Origin: Nitrospira sp. SB0662_bin_26
GTDB lineage: Bacteria; Nitrospirota; Nitrospiria; Nitrospirales; UBA8639
Assembly: GCA_009840285.1 (NCBI GenBank)
Contig: VXOF01000009.1
Coordinates: 3 to 64,002, forward strand
DNA length: 64,000 nt
Direction: 5' to 3'
The notes below the pieces were generated by a model. It saw only the letters and a program-made list of their open reading frames with translations, was not told the origin of the DNA and did no database searches. Made by a program: the position numbers and the translations under genes. Of this stretch, positions 26,140 through 36,508 are shown piece by piece; position 1 is the stretch's first letter, and every line of letters starts with the position of its first letter.

Positions 26140-26745
26140 ATGAGCGTACAACAGCGTCAGGGGTTATTGGCCAAACTGGCCAAGGAGTTTGTGCGGTTGC
26201 CCGGCATCGGGCAAAAGACCTCGCAGCGACTCGCGTTTCATATGATGAAGGTCAACAAGGAAGAGGCCCTGCGCCTGGCCGATGCCATTCGCGACGTGAA
26301 GGAATTTGTGGTGTTTTGCGAGCAATGTCGCAATATTGCGGAAAGCGAGCTGTGCGACATCTGTCAGGACCCTCAACGGGATCGTACCAAGATTCTGGTC
26401 GTGGAAGAACCGAGCACGTTGCATGCGATCGATCAGAGTCGCGGATACAAGGGCTTGTACCACGTCCTGATGGGCTCGCTCTCACCGCTGGACGGGGTCG
26501 GGCCGTCCGACATTCGCGCCCGGGAATTGGAAGCGCGCGTTCGGGACGGTGGAGTGCAGGAGGTCATCGTGGCGACGAACCCCACCATCGAAGGCGAGGC
26601 CACGGCAATTTACCTCACGAAACTTTTGAAACCCTACGGGGTCAAGGTCTCACGCATCGCGTACGGGATTCCCGTGGGCATGGATATCGAATACGCCGAC
26701 GACGTGACGCTGACCAAATCCATCGAAGGCCGGCGTGAATTGTAG
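26140..26745 (+). CDS. recR: Recombination protein RecR
   Basis: LPGIGQKTSQRLAFH HhH motif, C4 finger CEQCRNIAESELCDIC, and Toprim ILVVEEPSTLHAIDQS. Confidence 0.92.
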   Translation: MSVQQRQGLLAKLAKEFVRLPGIGQKTSQRLAFHMMKVNKEEALRLADAIRDVKEFVVFCEQCRNIAESELCDICQDPQRDRTKILVVEEPSTLHAIDQSRGYKGLYHVLMGSLSPLDGVGPSDIRARELEARVRDGGVQEVIVATNPTIEGEATAIYLTKLLKPYGVKVSRIAYGIPVGMDIEYADDVTLTKSIEGRREL

Positions 26746-26903
26746 CAGGCCCATCACGGCGGACAACCACAGAGGGGTGTCCGTACTTCAGGCAGGTTCC
26801 GTCCTTCACGTTTTCTCGGAAGATGGCCCTTCTGTCCACCAAATCCATCCGATGCCATTACAGCTTTTCTGATTGAATCATTAGCCGGGAAGGCCGGATT
26901 CAA

Positions 26904-27674
26904 ATGAAAGTGTTTGTGAGATTTCTCGTGCTCGTTGGACTCATCGGACTTCTGGCATTGATGTTTGTCAGCCTGTCGTTGAATGCCTTGGTCAAGGGCG
27001 GCATCGAGACCATGGGGCCCCGAATACTGGGCGTACCGGTCACGGTGGAGGACGTGGACGTGACCTTGCTGTCCGGCACAAGGATGCACGCCGGGTTGAC
27101 CGGGCTCGTGGTCAACAACCCTGAAGGATATGAGACCGCCTTTGCAGTGTCCCTTCCGGAAATTCGGATACAGGTCGATTGGAACTCGCTGTTGACGGAT
27201 ACCGTGATTGTCGAGGAGGTGTTGATCGTCAAACCGGCCGTGACGTTCGAGTGGTCGTTACGGGGCAGCAACCTCGACACGATCCATGAGAACGTCAAGC
27301 GAAATACGGGATCCGGTTCCGATGACGACGACCAAGAAAAGGACGCAAGACCTGAGGAAAGCCAGGAATCCGATAAGTCCGTTCACGTCAAGAAAGTGAC
27401 GGTCAAAGATGCGATCATCAACGTGAGCTTCGTCGGCGGACAAGACGAAGTCACGCAGGTGTCGTTACCCGATCTCGACTTGCGTGACATCGGCAACCCG
27501 TCAGGCGGCACCACGTTCTCGCAAGCGTCCGCCGTCATCTTCGAGCAGATCTACGAGGCCATTGACAAGGCTGTCATGAAACCGGGGATCCTCCTGCCCC
27601 AAGGCGTCGAGCAACTCGGCAAATCCATCGGCAAAATGGGTAAGGAGTTGTTGGAGGGATTGTTCGGCAGGTAA
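26904..27674 (+). CDS. Membrane-anchored hypothetical protein (AsmA/DUF748-like N-terminal region)
   Basis: Single N-terminal TM helix followed by a beta-rich soluble part. Weak family recall only. Confidence 0.5.
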   Translation: MKVFVRFLVLVGLIGLLALMFVSLSLNALVKGGIETMGPRILGVPVTVEDVDVTLLSGTRMHAGLTGLVVNNPEGYETAFAVSLPEIRIQVDWNSLLTDTVIVEEVLIVKPAVTFEWSLRGSNLDTIHENVKRNTGSGSDDDDQEKDARPEESQESDKSVHVKKVTVKDAIINVSFVGGQDEVTQVSLPDLDLRDIGNPSGGTTFSQASAVIFEQIYEAIDKAVMKPGILLPQGVEQLGKSIGKMGKELLEGLFGR

Positions 27675-27744
27675 GTGTCTCGACCTGTAACCGGGTGACA
27701 ATCCCTTGCCTGAAAATAAGCATCTACGGCTCCCGGTTCCAAAA

Positions 27745-28185
27745 TCACTGAGAAAACGTGACTCCGGTATCCTGCACTTCGCGGTACGGCAGCAGCCACA
27801 CGAGGGACTCGTCGTGGATGTCCACGACCTGGACGCGGTTGCCCCAGGGGTCGCGGAAGTCGCAGCGGAAAGGCGGCTCTAACGTCAGGCCGTATTTGTT
27901 GACGAGTTTCTCCCGCACTTCGTTGACCTGATCTTCATCCCGGACCATGATGCCGAAGTGTTTCATGCGATCGGGTTGCAGGGTTTCGACTTCGAAGATG
28001 GCCAGGAATTGATGCTCTCCGAGTTTGCACCACGCGGCGCCCTCTCCTCCCCGCAGCATTTCCAGGTTGAACACGTCTGAATAGAATTCTACGGCTTTCT
28101 GCGCGTCGTCCACTTCGATAACGACGTGATTACATCCATAAACTTGAACAGGCATTTCTGGATCTCCTTTTTCATGAGTCAGCAC
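27745..28185 (-). CDS. VOC/glyoxalase-bleomycin-resistance-family protein
   Basis: NHVVIEVDD..KAVEFY..VF......HFGIMV.D......FRDPWGN.V.VV is the paired beta-alpha-beta-beta-beta pattern. Confidence 0.75.
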   Translation of the reverse strand: MLTHEKGDPEMPVQVYGCNHVVIEVDDAQKAVEFYSDVFNLEMLRGGEGAAWCKLGEHQFLAIFEVETLQPDRMKHFGIMVRDEDQVNEVREKLVNKYGLTLEPPFRCDFRDPWGNRVQVVDIHDESLVWLLPYREVQDTGVTFSQ

Positions 28186-28310
28186 AGCAGCGCTTTCAGT
28201 GCATTCATCATAACAGATTACGGGAAGGTCTGTAGGGATCGCCCTCCGTGCCGGTGAAGAAGCTTGGGAAACGTGTCAGTACGGCAATAGAGGAACGTGG
28301 GAGGACGGGC

Positions 28311-28640
28311 TTACGGGGCAAAGGTTTCAGACAAAACCGAAAGAACTTTTTGCGCGGTAGAAGGGGAGATTCTTCCCAGGCGTCGCACCAACCGTTTTTT
28401 GTCCACGGTTCGAATCTGATCCAGAACGATGTACCCTTTCTTCCCTTGGAACGTCACTGGCACCCGGGTCGGATAGGCACGCCCTTTTGTCGTCATTGGG
28501 GCAATGATAATCGTCTCGATGGTGTGGTTCATCTCATCCGGAGAGATGACCAAGCCGGGGCGAGGTTTACGAATTTCTCGGCCGACCGTAGGATCCAAAT
28601 TAACCAGGTAAACTTCAAATCGGGAAACTACCACGTCCAT
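28311..28640 (-). CDS. mazF: Type II toxin MazF/PemK mRNA interferase
   Basis: FEVYLVNLDPTVGREIRKPRPGLVISPDEMN....IIIAPMTT...YPTRV.....GK.GYIVLDQIRTVDK.RL. Confidence 0.88.
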   Translation of the reverse strand: MDVVVSRFEVYLVNLDPTVGREIRKPRPGLVISPDEMNHTIETIIIAPMTTKGRAYPTRVPVTFQGKKGYIVLDQIRTVDKKRLVRRLGRISPSTAQKVLSVLSETFAP

Positions 28641-28891
28641 TCCGTGCTATCCCACTGGGAGCCTGACGAGAGAGTGGGATCAAGAAGCCGGCTTTCTCCC
28701 TTCGACGCCATTTCCCCGAATGCTTGGGTCCAGCCTGTTCTCGGTTTTATCAGGGAACGGATGACCAGCTCTCCGTTTTTTGCTTCCAATTCGACGGAGT
28801 CTTTCAACTGGCATTGTTTCAAGAGCGTTTGAGGAATCCGAATGCCACGGGAATTTCCGATAGCGACAATTTTGGTTTTCATGGTCTTCAC
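28628..28891 (-). CDS. mazE: Type II antitoxin MazE (AbrB/SpoVT domain)
   Basis: KIVAIGNSRGIRIPQTLLKQ is a SpoVT-AbrB swapped hairpin. 13-nt overlap with mazF. Confidence 0.8.
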   Translation of the reverse strand: MKTMKTKIVAIGNSRGIRIPQTLLKQCQLKDSVELEAKNGELVIRSLIKPRTGWTQAFGEMASKGESRLLDPTLSSGSQWDSTEWTW

Positions 28892-28966
28892 CGATAGATG
28901 TGTAATTACTTTATAATTACATTAGAAAACCTTGTGTGTCAAGGTCGGTAACGGGGAACAACCGGG

Positions 28967-30574
28967 TTATCCCATCTCCAGCAGGTCGTGGTCGGGATTA
29001 CGTTCTTGAGTGAAGGTTTTGGACCAGGAGGAGCGGAAGAGCACGATGGGGCGGTTGCGGTGATCTTTGACGAGCATGGCGTCGCTCGGGGCGCGGAAGG
29101 TGTCGAGGTCTCCGACCAGCCAGGCGCTGCATGTGTAGCTCAGGGGTTCGAGGCGCGTCTCTACCCGGTATTCGTTCCGCAGACGAAATTGCAAGACGTC
29201 GAACTGGAGCCGGCCTACGGCGGCGACGAGAAATTCCAGGTCATCAAGGCTCCTGAGAAGCTGTACCGTGCCTTCGGCGGCCATTTGCTCCATGCCTTTG
29301 TCAAAGGCTTTCCGTTTACCCACGTCAGTGGGCTGAACCCGGGCGAACACTTCCGGTTGAAACTGGGGCAGCGGCTGAAAGTTGAACCCGTCACTCAATG
29401 AAATGGTATCACCGATGGCAAACTGTCCCGGGTTGATGATCCCGATGATGTCCCCGGGGTACGCCACGTCCACGGTGCTGCGTCCCTTGGCCACGAGACT
29501 GTGCGGCCGTGACAGGCGCACGTCTTGCCCCAGGCGGTGATGTTTGACCACCATGTCGCGCTCGAAGCGACCGGAGCAGACTCGCAGGAAGGCGGTGCTG
29601 TCTCGATGCCGGGGGTTCATGTTCGCCTGGATCTTGAAGACATAGGCGCTGAACGGTCGTTCCACCGGGTCCACGACGACTGCCGTGCCGTCGTGTTGAT
29701 CGGCCGTACGTGGGATGGCGGCGGGCGCCATCTCCACGAAGGCGTCAAAGAAATTTTCAATGCCGAAATTTGTGAGCGCGGAGGCGAAAAACACGGGTGT
29801 CACTTCACCGCGAAAAAAAGCCTCCTGCGAATACGGGTTCCCGGCTACGTCCAACAATTCCAAATCATGGTTGACTTCCTGCAGGACGTCTTCCTCAATC
29901 AGGGCCCGGGCTTCGGGGCTGTCCAAAGAAATTTCACGGCGGCCGGCTTTCGCGGAGCCTTGCGCCGCCATTTTCTTGAACAGCGAGATCCGGCGGGAAG
30001 CGCGGTCCACGACGCCCACGAATTGTTGTCCCGACCCCACGGGCCAATTGATCGGGTTGGCGTGAATGCGCAGGACGTCTTCCACCTCGGCCATGAGGTC
30101 CAACGGCGGGCGTCCCGGCAGGTCCATTTTGTTGATCAACGTCAGGACGGGGATGTTGCGTAACCGGCACACCTCAAACAATTTCCGGGTTTGGGCCTCA
30201 ACGCCTTTTGCCGCGTCGATGACCATCACGGCACTGTCCGCCGCGGTCAGCGTCCGGTAGGTATCTTCGCAGAAATCTTCGTGCCCCGGTGTATCGAGCA
30301 CGTTGATGACGGCATGTTTGTATTGGAACTGCATGGCCGACGCGGTGATCGAGATCCCGCGTTCCTGTTCCATTTCCATCCAGTCGGAGGTTGCCGTTTT
30401 GGAGCTTTTCCGGCTTCCCACCATACCCGCCGTCCTGACCATCCCCGAATAGAGCAACAGTTTTTCCGTAACGGTGGTTTTCCCCGCGTCGGGATGACTG
30501 ATAATGGCGAAGGTCCGGCGTTTCTTTGCCTGGGACCGAACGTCGTTCTGAATGTGCGGGTCGGAGGTGACCAT
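28967..30574 (-). CDS. prfC: Peptide chain release factor 3
   Basis: RRTFAIISHPDAGKTTVTEKLLL, DTPGHEDF, NKMD, and full-length RF3 collinearity. Confidence 0.93.
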   Translation of the reverse strand: MVTSDPHIQNDVRSQAKKRRTFAIISHPDAGKTTVTEKLLLYSGMVRTAGMVGSRKSSKTATSDWMEMEQERGISITASAMQFQYKHAVINVLDTPGHEDFCEDTYRTLTAADSAVMVIDAAKGVEAQTRKLFEVCRLRNIPVLTLINKMDLPGRPPLDLMAEVEDVLRIHANPINWPVGSGQQFVGVVDRASRRISLFKKMAAQGSAKAGRREISLDSPEARALIEEDVLQEVNHDLELLDVAGNPYSQEAFFRGEVTPVFFASALTNFGIENFFDAFVEMAPAAIPRTADQHDGTAVVVDPVERPFSAYVFKIQANMNPRHRDSTAFLRVCSGRFERDMVVKHHRLGQDVRLSRPHSLVAKGRSTVDVAYPGDIIGIINPGQFAIGDTISLSDGFNFQPLPQFQPEVFARVQPTDVGKRKAFDKGMEQMAAEGTVQLLRSLDDLEFLVAAVGRLQFDVLQFRLRNEYRVETRLEPLSYTCSAWLVGDLDTFRAPSDAMLVKDHRNRPIVLFRSSWSKTFTQERNPDHDLLEMG

Positions 30575-30591
30575 GGGTGGTGCCTGGCGGA

Positions 30592-31983
30592 CTAGAGCGC
30601 TTCGAGCCGGCCTTGGGCTCTGGCGAGATTCACGCGCGACGCGTTGAAATTGAACAGCGCTTCGATGAGGTTGTCCCGGGCTTGCGTCACCCGCGTTTGG
30701 GCGTCCGTGACTTCGATATTGGTTGCCAGGCCGACGGCGAAGCGCCGCCGGGCGAGACGGAGTTCCTGGAACGTCAACCGGAGCCCTTCCCTGGCCACGG
30801 CGACCTGTTGTTGGGTCGACTCCATCGTCAACAGGGCGTCCCGGACTTCCAACCCGATTTGCTTTTCGACGTCTCGCGTTTTGAGGGACTCCATGCGAAC
30901 CAGACTGCGCTGTTCGGAAATGCGGCCTTCACGCTGGCCTCCGTCGAACAGGGGAATGGAGAGCAGGACCTGGACGTTGTCGGTGGTTAACGCTCGGCTG
31001 GGTTGATTCCCGATCAGGCCCACGTCACCGCTGCCCGTGAGAGAGGGCACACGTTCCATCATCACCGAACTGAGCGTGAGTGCAGCCAACCGTTCCCGTT
31101 TTTTTTGGGCTTTGAGTTCGACACGGTGTTCCCTGGCAACCTGCAAGGCTTCGTCCACGGTCTGGGGGGTGACGGGGACAAGTTTCAGTTCGTCCGTCAG
31201 GATCAACTTCACGTCGAAGGAGAGCCCGATGCCACGGCTCAGGTTGAGTTTGGCGCTGCCGAAGTCGTTGCGAGCGACGAGCAGGCGTTGTTTTTCATTT
31301 TCGAGTTGCACCTTTGCGCGTGTGACGTCCAACTTAGTGGCCATGCCGACCGACTTGCGTTGCATGGCCAGGCGCAACAGTTCCTTATTGAGCTTGACCC
31401 CGGCCAAGCGGGCCTTGACGGATTTTTGGACCCGCAAGGTATCCAGGTACGCCAAGGCGACCAGGGCCATGGTGTCCATTTTTTGGGTTTCCGAGTCCAG
31501 GCCGGCCACTTCGATATTCGTTCGGGCCGCGCGCCATTTCTGGATGAGGCTCAGGCTGAAGATATTCTGGGTCAAGGCCACGCGGCTTTCGTAAAAATTT
31601 ATGGGGTCGGACACACCGGCACCAAGTCCGCCAAATGCGCCGAGAAAGAATCGCCTTCTCGCTCCGCTGACCCGGGCGGACAGGTTCGGCAGCAGGGCGC
31701 CGCGCTGGGTAAAGGCTTGCTCTTGCGCCTGGGCCACGCGCTCCCTAAAGATCTGCACCGTGGGATTGTTGTCCACGGCCGCCTGCATCGCGTCCTGCAT
31801 GCTCAACCGGAGTTCGGGCAGGAGTTGGTGCGACGCGGCCCCATCCTGCGCGTCTTGAGCCCGGGAGAGGGTCGTCATTCCCGGCCAACACATCATGCCG
31901 ACGAGGATGATGACGATCATGACGGACTCTCGATACGGAATGCCGTTTCTTGCATTGACGTTGGGCATACGCCTCCCGATCAC
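30592..31983 (-). CDS. TolC-family outer membrane efflux protein
   Basis: Two OEP repeats and a signal sequence. 4-nt overlap with the upstream RND pump gene. Confidence 0.85.
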   Translation of the reverse strand: MIGRRMPNVNARNGIPYRESVMIVIILVGMMCWPGMTTLSRAQDAQDGAASHQLLPELRLSMQDAMQAAVDNNPTVQIFRERVAQAQEQAFTQRGALLPNLSARVSGARRRFFLGAFGGLGAGVSDPINFYESRVALTQNIFSLSLIQKWRAARTNIEVAGLDSETQKMDTMALVALAYLDTLRVQKSVKARLAGVKLNKELLRLAMQRKSVGMATKLDVTRAKVQLENEKQRLLVARNDFGSAKLNLSRGIGLSFDVKLILTDELKLVPVTPQTVDEALQVAREHRVELKAQKKRERLAALTLSSVMMERVPSLTGSGDVGLIGNQPSRALTTDNVQVLLSIPLFDGGQREGRISEQRSLVRMESLKTRDVEKQIGLEVRDALLTMESTQQQVAVAREGLRLTFQELRLARRRFAVGLATNIEVTDAQTRVTQARDNLIEALFNFNASRVNLARAQGRLEAL

Positions 31984-34900
31984 GTCTCGCGGATTTCCCG
32001 GCCCAGGGCCGCTCTTGACCGTGCGGTTCGTCCTTTGAGCTTCCAGTTCATCATGAGGCTGAAGATCGCCGGGACCAGGAGGAGCGTAAACATGGTCGAG
32101 AGTATGAGCCCGCCGAGCACCACGCTGCCGATGCCCCGGTACAATTCCGATCCGGCGCCCGAGGCCAGGACCAGCGGCAGGAGGCCGAAGGTCGTCGTCA
32201 GCATGCTCATCATGATGGGCCTGACGCGGGATCGCACGGATTCGGCGATGGCGTCGCGGGCCGGCATGCCGCTCGAAGCCCGGTCTTCATCGGATGCCCA
32301 CAGGTTGAGCCGTTGCGGATCCATAAAGTTCAGGGCCTGGTGCACGACCAGAATGGCATTGTTGACGACGACGCCGATCAGGATGATGAACCCCAACATG
32401 GTCAGGACGTCCAGGGGTTGAGGGGCAATAAAGCGATTGACGACGGACAGCCCGAGCAGGCCGCCGGCCGCGGCCAATGGCACGCTGAAGATAATGACAA
32501 AAGGATACAGGAAACTTTCAAACAAGGCGGCCATCAGCAAATAGGTAATGAGCACGGCCATGAGCAGATTGTATTTCAGGGCGTCATAGGTTTTCGTGAG
32601 ATCGTCCGCCGTGCCTGCCAAATGAATATTATAGAGGCGGCCGAGGTTCCCTTCTTCTTCGATCGGACGGACAACCTGCTGCTGGATCAAGTCCATAGCC
32701 GTCTCCAACGGGATCTGCCCCGGCGGAATGACCTGGATGGTGATGGCCCGTTCCCGTTCGATGTGGTTGATTTGTTCGGGGCCCGCCACGAGCGTGACGT
32801 CGGCAATCGCACCGACCGTGGTGAGACGGCCGCCCGGGGTGAAGATGGGCAGGTTCCCCAGGTCTTGCGTTCGACCGGCGTACCGGTCGATGCCCCTGAT
32901 GGTAAGATCGATCTCGTCACCTTCAAATTGATAGTCACTCGCCTTGGCGCCGTCCACCAGGGCGTCAATGGTAAAGCCGAGAGCCTGATTCGTCATTTGC
33001 ACGTCGGCCGCCCGGTCCCGATTCAGGTGGACCCGGACTTCCGGACTTCCCAGGTCGAGACTGGGCTTCGGACGAACCTGTGAGCCCGGCATGACCTGTT
33101 GAATCTGTCCGAAGATCCGGCCGCCCAGGGCAAGGAGCTTGTCGAGGTCGGGCCCGGTAATTTCAATGTCGATGTTTCGTCCTTCGCCCAACCCCCGTTG
33201 AAACAGACTGCTTTGGGTCACGATGCCGATGATCCCGGGCAGATCGGCCAGGGCCCGGCGAAACACCGGGATCAAGTCGCGGATTTGAGCATCGTCATTG
33301 GTGCGACCGCCCATAAACACGCCGCGTCCACGCGCCACGTAGAAGAAATTGCGGATACTGGGACCATCCAGGGCGGCCTCCTCCGGGGATCCGGGTTCGG
33401 CATCCCAATGGGGAGCGAGGACGGTCTCGATGGACTCTCCCAAACGAACGTACTTCTCCGTGTTGTAGCCGGGCGGGGGCAGGACCACGCCGAAGATCAG
33501 ATTGCGGTTCCCGCTGGGCAGGTATTCGGCTTTCGGCAGGAACAGCGTGATGATGCCGAGAGCGAACGCCGTGAGTCCGCAGACGATCACCACTCGCGAG
33601 CCGATACTGCCGCACATCCAGTACACGAAATCACCGATCCGGTCGGCTGCTTTCCTCTTCCGGCCCGCCGGCGGGGCCCCGCGATCGTCCGCGTCCTCCG
33701 CCGGGAGCGTCGAGCGGGAGGAGGAGCGGCGCCGGGCGCGTTTTTGGGTCGTCAGAATGCGCGCGGACAGGCACGGGATGACCGTAATGGAGACGAGGAG
33801 GCTCAACCCGACTCCGGCACTGATGGCAATGGCAATGTCCCGGAACAGTTGTCCGGCCTGTTCCTCGATGAACACGATGGGTACGAACACCGCAATGGTC
33901 GTGAGGGTGCTGGCCAGCACCGCGCCCCAAACTTCAGAGGTCCCGTCATAGGCGGCCTGCCACAGTGATTTGCCCGACTCGCGGTGACGATAGATGTTTT
34001 CCAGGACGACGATGGAATTGTCGACCAACATGCCTCCGGCAAGCGTCATGCCGGCAAGACTGATCACGTTCACGTTCCGGTCCAACACCCACAAGGCGAT
34101 AAAGGTTCCCATGATACTGACGGGAATGGCCAACCCGACCACGAAGGTCGTGCTCGCCGTGCGCAGGAACAGGAAGAGAATCGTCACGGCGAGGATGCTG
34201 CCGATGACCAGATTCTTTTGCACCAGGCTGATGGAACTGTAGATGTAGTCCGTTTCGTCATAGACTTGAAACAGTGTGAAGCCTCGCCGGTGGAGAATCT
34301 CGTCGTTGAGTTCCTGCACGGCTTCCCGCAGGCGCTGCATCGTGTCCAGGGTATTGGCCCCGGTCTCGCGGATGGCATTGACGGCAATGGAATTGCGCCC
34401 CATTTCCCGCACCACGTGTTGCGGCTCCTGATACGCGACACTGACGGTCGCCACGTCCCGCACGTACACCGGCGCGCCCTCCCGCCTGGCAATAATGACG
34501 TTCGCCACGTCTTCGGGGCTTTGGTATTCGCCGGTGGTCCTGACGACGTACGATCGTTTGCCCTCATCAAAATCGCCCGCACTGTAATTGCGATTTTCCT
34601 GGTCCAGCGCCTGCGCCAGATTCAAAACCGTCAGGGAACGGATGGCCAGTTTCAAGGGGTCTACGAGCACTCGCAGCTCCCGTTTGCGACCCCCATAGAC
34701 GTTGGACGCGGCCACGCCCGGAATGCGCTCGAACCGCGCCTTGATCACGTCTTCCGCAAAATCCCGCATGGTATCGATGGCGATGGGGTTGCTTTCCAAT
34801 GGTTCGAAAATAAACCACCCCATGGCGCTGCCGCGCGTATTGGCGCTGCTGATCACGGGTTCGTCGACTTCGTCGGGATACTCCTTGACCTGATTGAGAC

Positions 34901-35231
34901 GATTGGAGACACGAAGAAGCGACGTGTCGGTATTGGTTCCGGCCGGAAAGCGAAGGATGATTTCAGCGGAGTCGTAGGAACTTTCGCCGAACATTTTCTC
35001 GAGCCCTTCCACTCCTTTCAGCTGCTCTTCCTGTTTGTCCACGATTTCGCGTTCGACTTCCTTGGGGCTGGCTCCCTGCCACCGGGTCGTAATCGTGATC
35101 TCGGGTTTGGACACGTCGGGCGTGAGTTGGATGGGAAGCTTCATGAGCGACACAAGCCCGAACAGGGCCATGAGAATCACGGCCACGGTCGTGGTGACCG
35201 GGTATCGGATGGCGAATTGAATGATGTTCAT
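31980..35231 (-). CDS. RND-family efflux transporter permease (AcrB/HAE-type, 12 TM)
   Basis: 1083 aa. MNIIQFAIRYPVTT... N-terminus, two large periplasmic loops, and conserved TM4 LLVDNSIVVLENI. Confidence 0.93.
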   Translation of the reverse strand: MNIIQFAIRYPVTTTVAVILMALFGLVSLMKLPIQLTPDVSKPEITITTRWQGASPKEVEREIVDKQEEQLKGVEGLEKMFGESSYDSAEIILRFPAGTNTDTSLLRVSNRLNQVKEYPDEVDEPVISSANTRGSAMGWFIFEPLESNPIAIDTMRDFAEDVIKARFERIPGVAASNVYGGRKRELRVLVDPLKLAIRSLTVLNLAQALDQENRNYSAGDFDEGKRSYVVRTTGEYQSPEDVANVIIARREGAPVYVRDVATVSVAYQEPQHVVREMGRNSIAVNAIRETGANTLDTMQRLREAVQELNDEILHRRGFTLFQVYDETDYIYSSISLVQKNLVIGSILAVTILFLFLRTASTTFVVGLAIPVSIMGTFIALWVLDRNVNVISLAGMTLAGGMLVDNSIVVLENIYRHRESGKSLWQAAYDGTSEVWGAVLASTLTTIAVFVPIVFIEEQAGQLFRDIAIAISAGVGLSLLVSITVIPCLSARILTTQKRARRRSSSRSTLPAEDADDRGAPPAGRKRKAADRIGDFVYWMCGSIGSRVVIVCGLTAFALGIITLFLPKAEYLPSGNRNLIFGVVLPPPGYNTEKYVRLGESIETVLAPHWDAEPGSPEEAALDGPSIRNFFYVARGRGVFMGGRTNDDAQIRDLIPVFRRALADLPGIIGIVTQSSLFQRGLGEGRNIDIEITGPDLDKLLALGGRIFGQIQQVMPGSQVRPKPSLDLGSPEVRVHLNRDRAADVQMTNQALGFTIDALVDGAKASDYQFEGDEIDLTIRGIDRYAGRTQDLGNLPIFTPGGRLTTVGAIADVTLVAGPEQINHIERERAITIQVIPPGQIPLETAMDLIQQQVVRPIEEEGNLGRLYNIHLAGTADDLTKTYDALKYNLLMAVLITYLLMAALFESFLYPFVIIFSVPLAAAGGLLGLSVVNRFIAPQPLDVLTMLGFIILIGVVVNNAILVVHQALNFMDPQRLNLWASDEDRASSGMPARDAIAESVRSRVRPIMMSMLTTTFGLLPLVLASGAGSELYRGIGSVVLGGLILSTMFTLLLVPAIFSLMMNWKLKGRTARSRAALGREIRET

Positions 35232-36391
35232 GGAGTGTTGCCGGGAGTCTCTCCGGGGGCATCCAAGACGCGCACGGGTTGGCCGGGGAACAGGCGTTCG
35301 TTCCCCTCCACCACGACGTCCATACCCGCTTGGACCGGCCCTTCGATCTCAACGAGGTTGTCGACGTGCAGGACGGCGGTCACCGGAATTTGCTCAACCA
35401 TGCCCTCGTTCACGCGAAACACGAACTCCTTGTCTCCGCGGAGGACCAGGGCGTCCTTCGGGATCACGATCCCCCGGTGAGGCCGGTCGACCTGGAACCG
35501 GACGCGGGAGACCATGCCGCTTTTGATGGCCAGGGCGGGATTCGGAATTTCCACTTTGACCGGAAAGGTTCTCGCGGTTCGGTCGGCCTGGGCGACGAGA
35601 GAGAACACTCGACCCCGCGCCTCGAACTCCGGAAGACCGTCGAACGTCGCGGTCACGGGTTCATGGATTTGAATATGGCTCACGTAGCGTTCCGGAAGAG
35701 GAACTTCGACTTGCACGTGGGAAAGATCGACCATCTCGACGATCGCCCCGCCTTCCTCCACCCACTGCCCGATCTCCGTAAATTCCTGCGTGATCCATCC
35801 GTCAAACGGAGCGACGATTTTGGACTTGTTCAGCGAGTCTCTGACCTGCCGGATGTCGGCGCCTAATTGAGACAGGTGTTCTTTCAGAGCCGTGGCCTCG
35901 GCCACGGCGGCATCGAAGTCTGTCTGTGTGACGAGTTCTTGTTTAAAGAGGACGCGAACGCGTTGCAGATCCCGTTTGGCTCGTTGATAGCGAGCGCCGG
36001 ACTCTCGATAGAGGGCCATGGCGGAATCGAGCCGGATCCGCAACGTCTCCGTGCGCAAACTCGCCAGCAGTTGCCCGCGTGTGACCGCCATCCCTTCTTC
36101 CGCGGGAAAGGCTTGAACCAGCCCTTCGACTTCGCTGGCCACAATGCTTCGTTTCCAGGGTTCGACGGTTCCGACCAGCGTGACGGTTTGCTTCACCTCT
36201 TGTTGGAGAACCGGGGCGACGCGGACCGGCGCCGGCGGAGGCCCGGAAGGCGGAGGCGCGGCTTGTTGTTCGTCACAGGCCTGGAGTGCGATCAGGCACA
36301 GGACCACGGGAAGGCCCCGGCGGGCCTTGCGAAACCATGGCTGAAATGGGTGCATGATCGTCATCACGATAACTGTCAACGAAGCCGCCAA
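35228..36391 (-). CDS. RND efflux periplasmic adaptor (membrane fusion protein)
   Basis: Lipobox-like LIALQAC with a coiled-coil hairpin and barrel-sandwich motifs. Overlaps the RND gene by 4 nt. The true start may be an internal Met. Confidence 0.85.
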   Translation of the reverse strand: MAASLTVIVMTIMHPFQPWFRKARRGLPVVLCLIALQACDEQQAAPPPSGPPPAPVRVAPVLQQEVKQTVTLVGTVEPWKRSIVASEVEGLVQAFPAEEGMAVTRGQLLASLRTETLRIRLDSAMALYRESGARYQRAKRDLQRVRVLFKQELVTQTDFDAAVAEATALKEHLSQLGADIRQVRDSLNKSKIVAPFDGWITQEFTEIGQWVEEGGAIVEMVDLSHVQVEVPLPERYVSHIQIHEPVTATFDGLPEFEARGRVFSLVAQADRTARTFPVKVEIPNPALAIKSGMVSRVRFQVDRPHRGIVIPKDALVLRGDKEFVFRVNEGMVEQIPVTAVLHVDNLVEIEGPVQAGMDVVVEGNERLFPGQPVRVLDAPGETPGNTP

Positions 36392-36508
36392 TGATACCTA
36401 TCGGTTAATACTAAGGATATTCTACTATATGAAAACCCCGTGTCCAAATTAGATGAGGCATTCAGGTCTTTGCAACTTTCACCCGAAAGGAAGACGCAAC
36501 GACGCCGG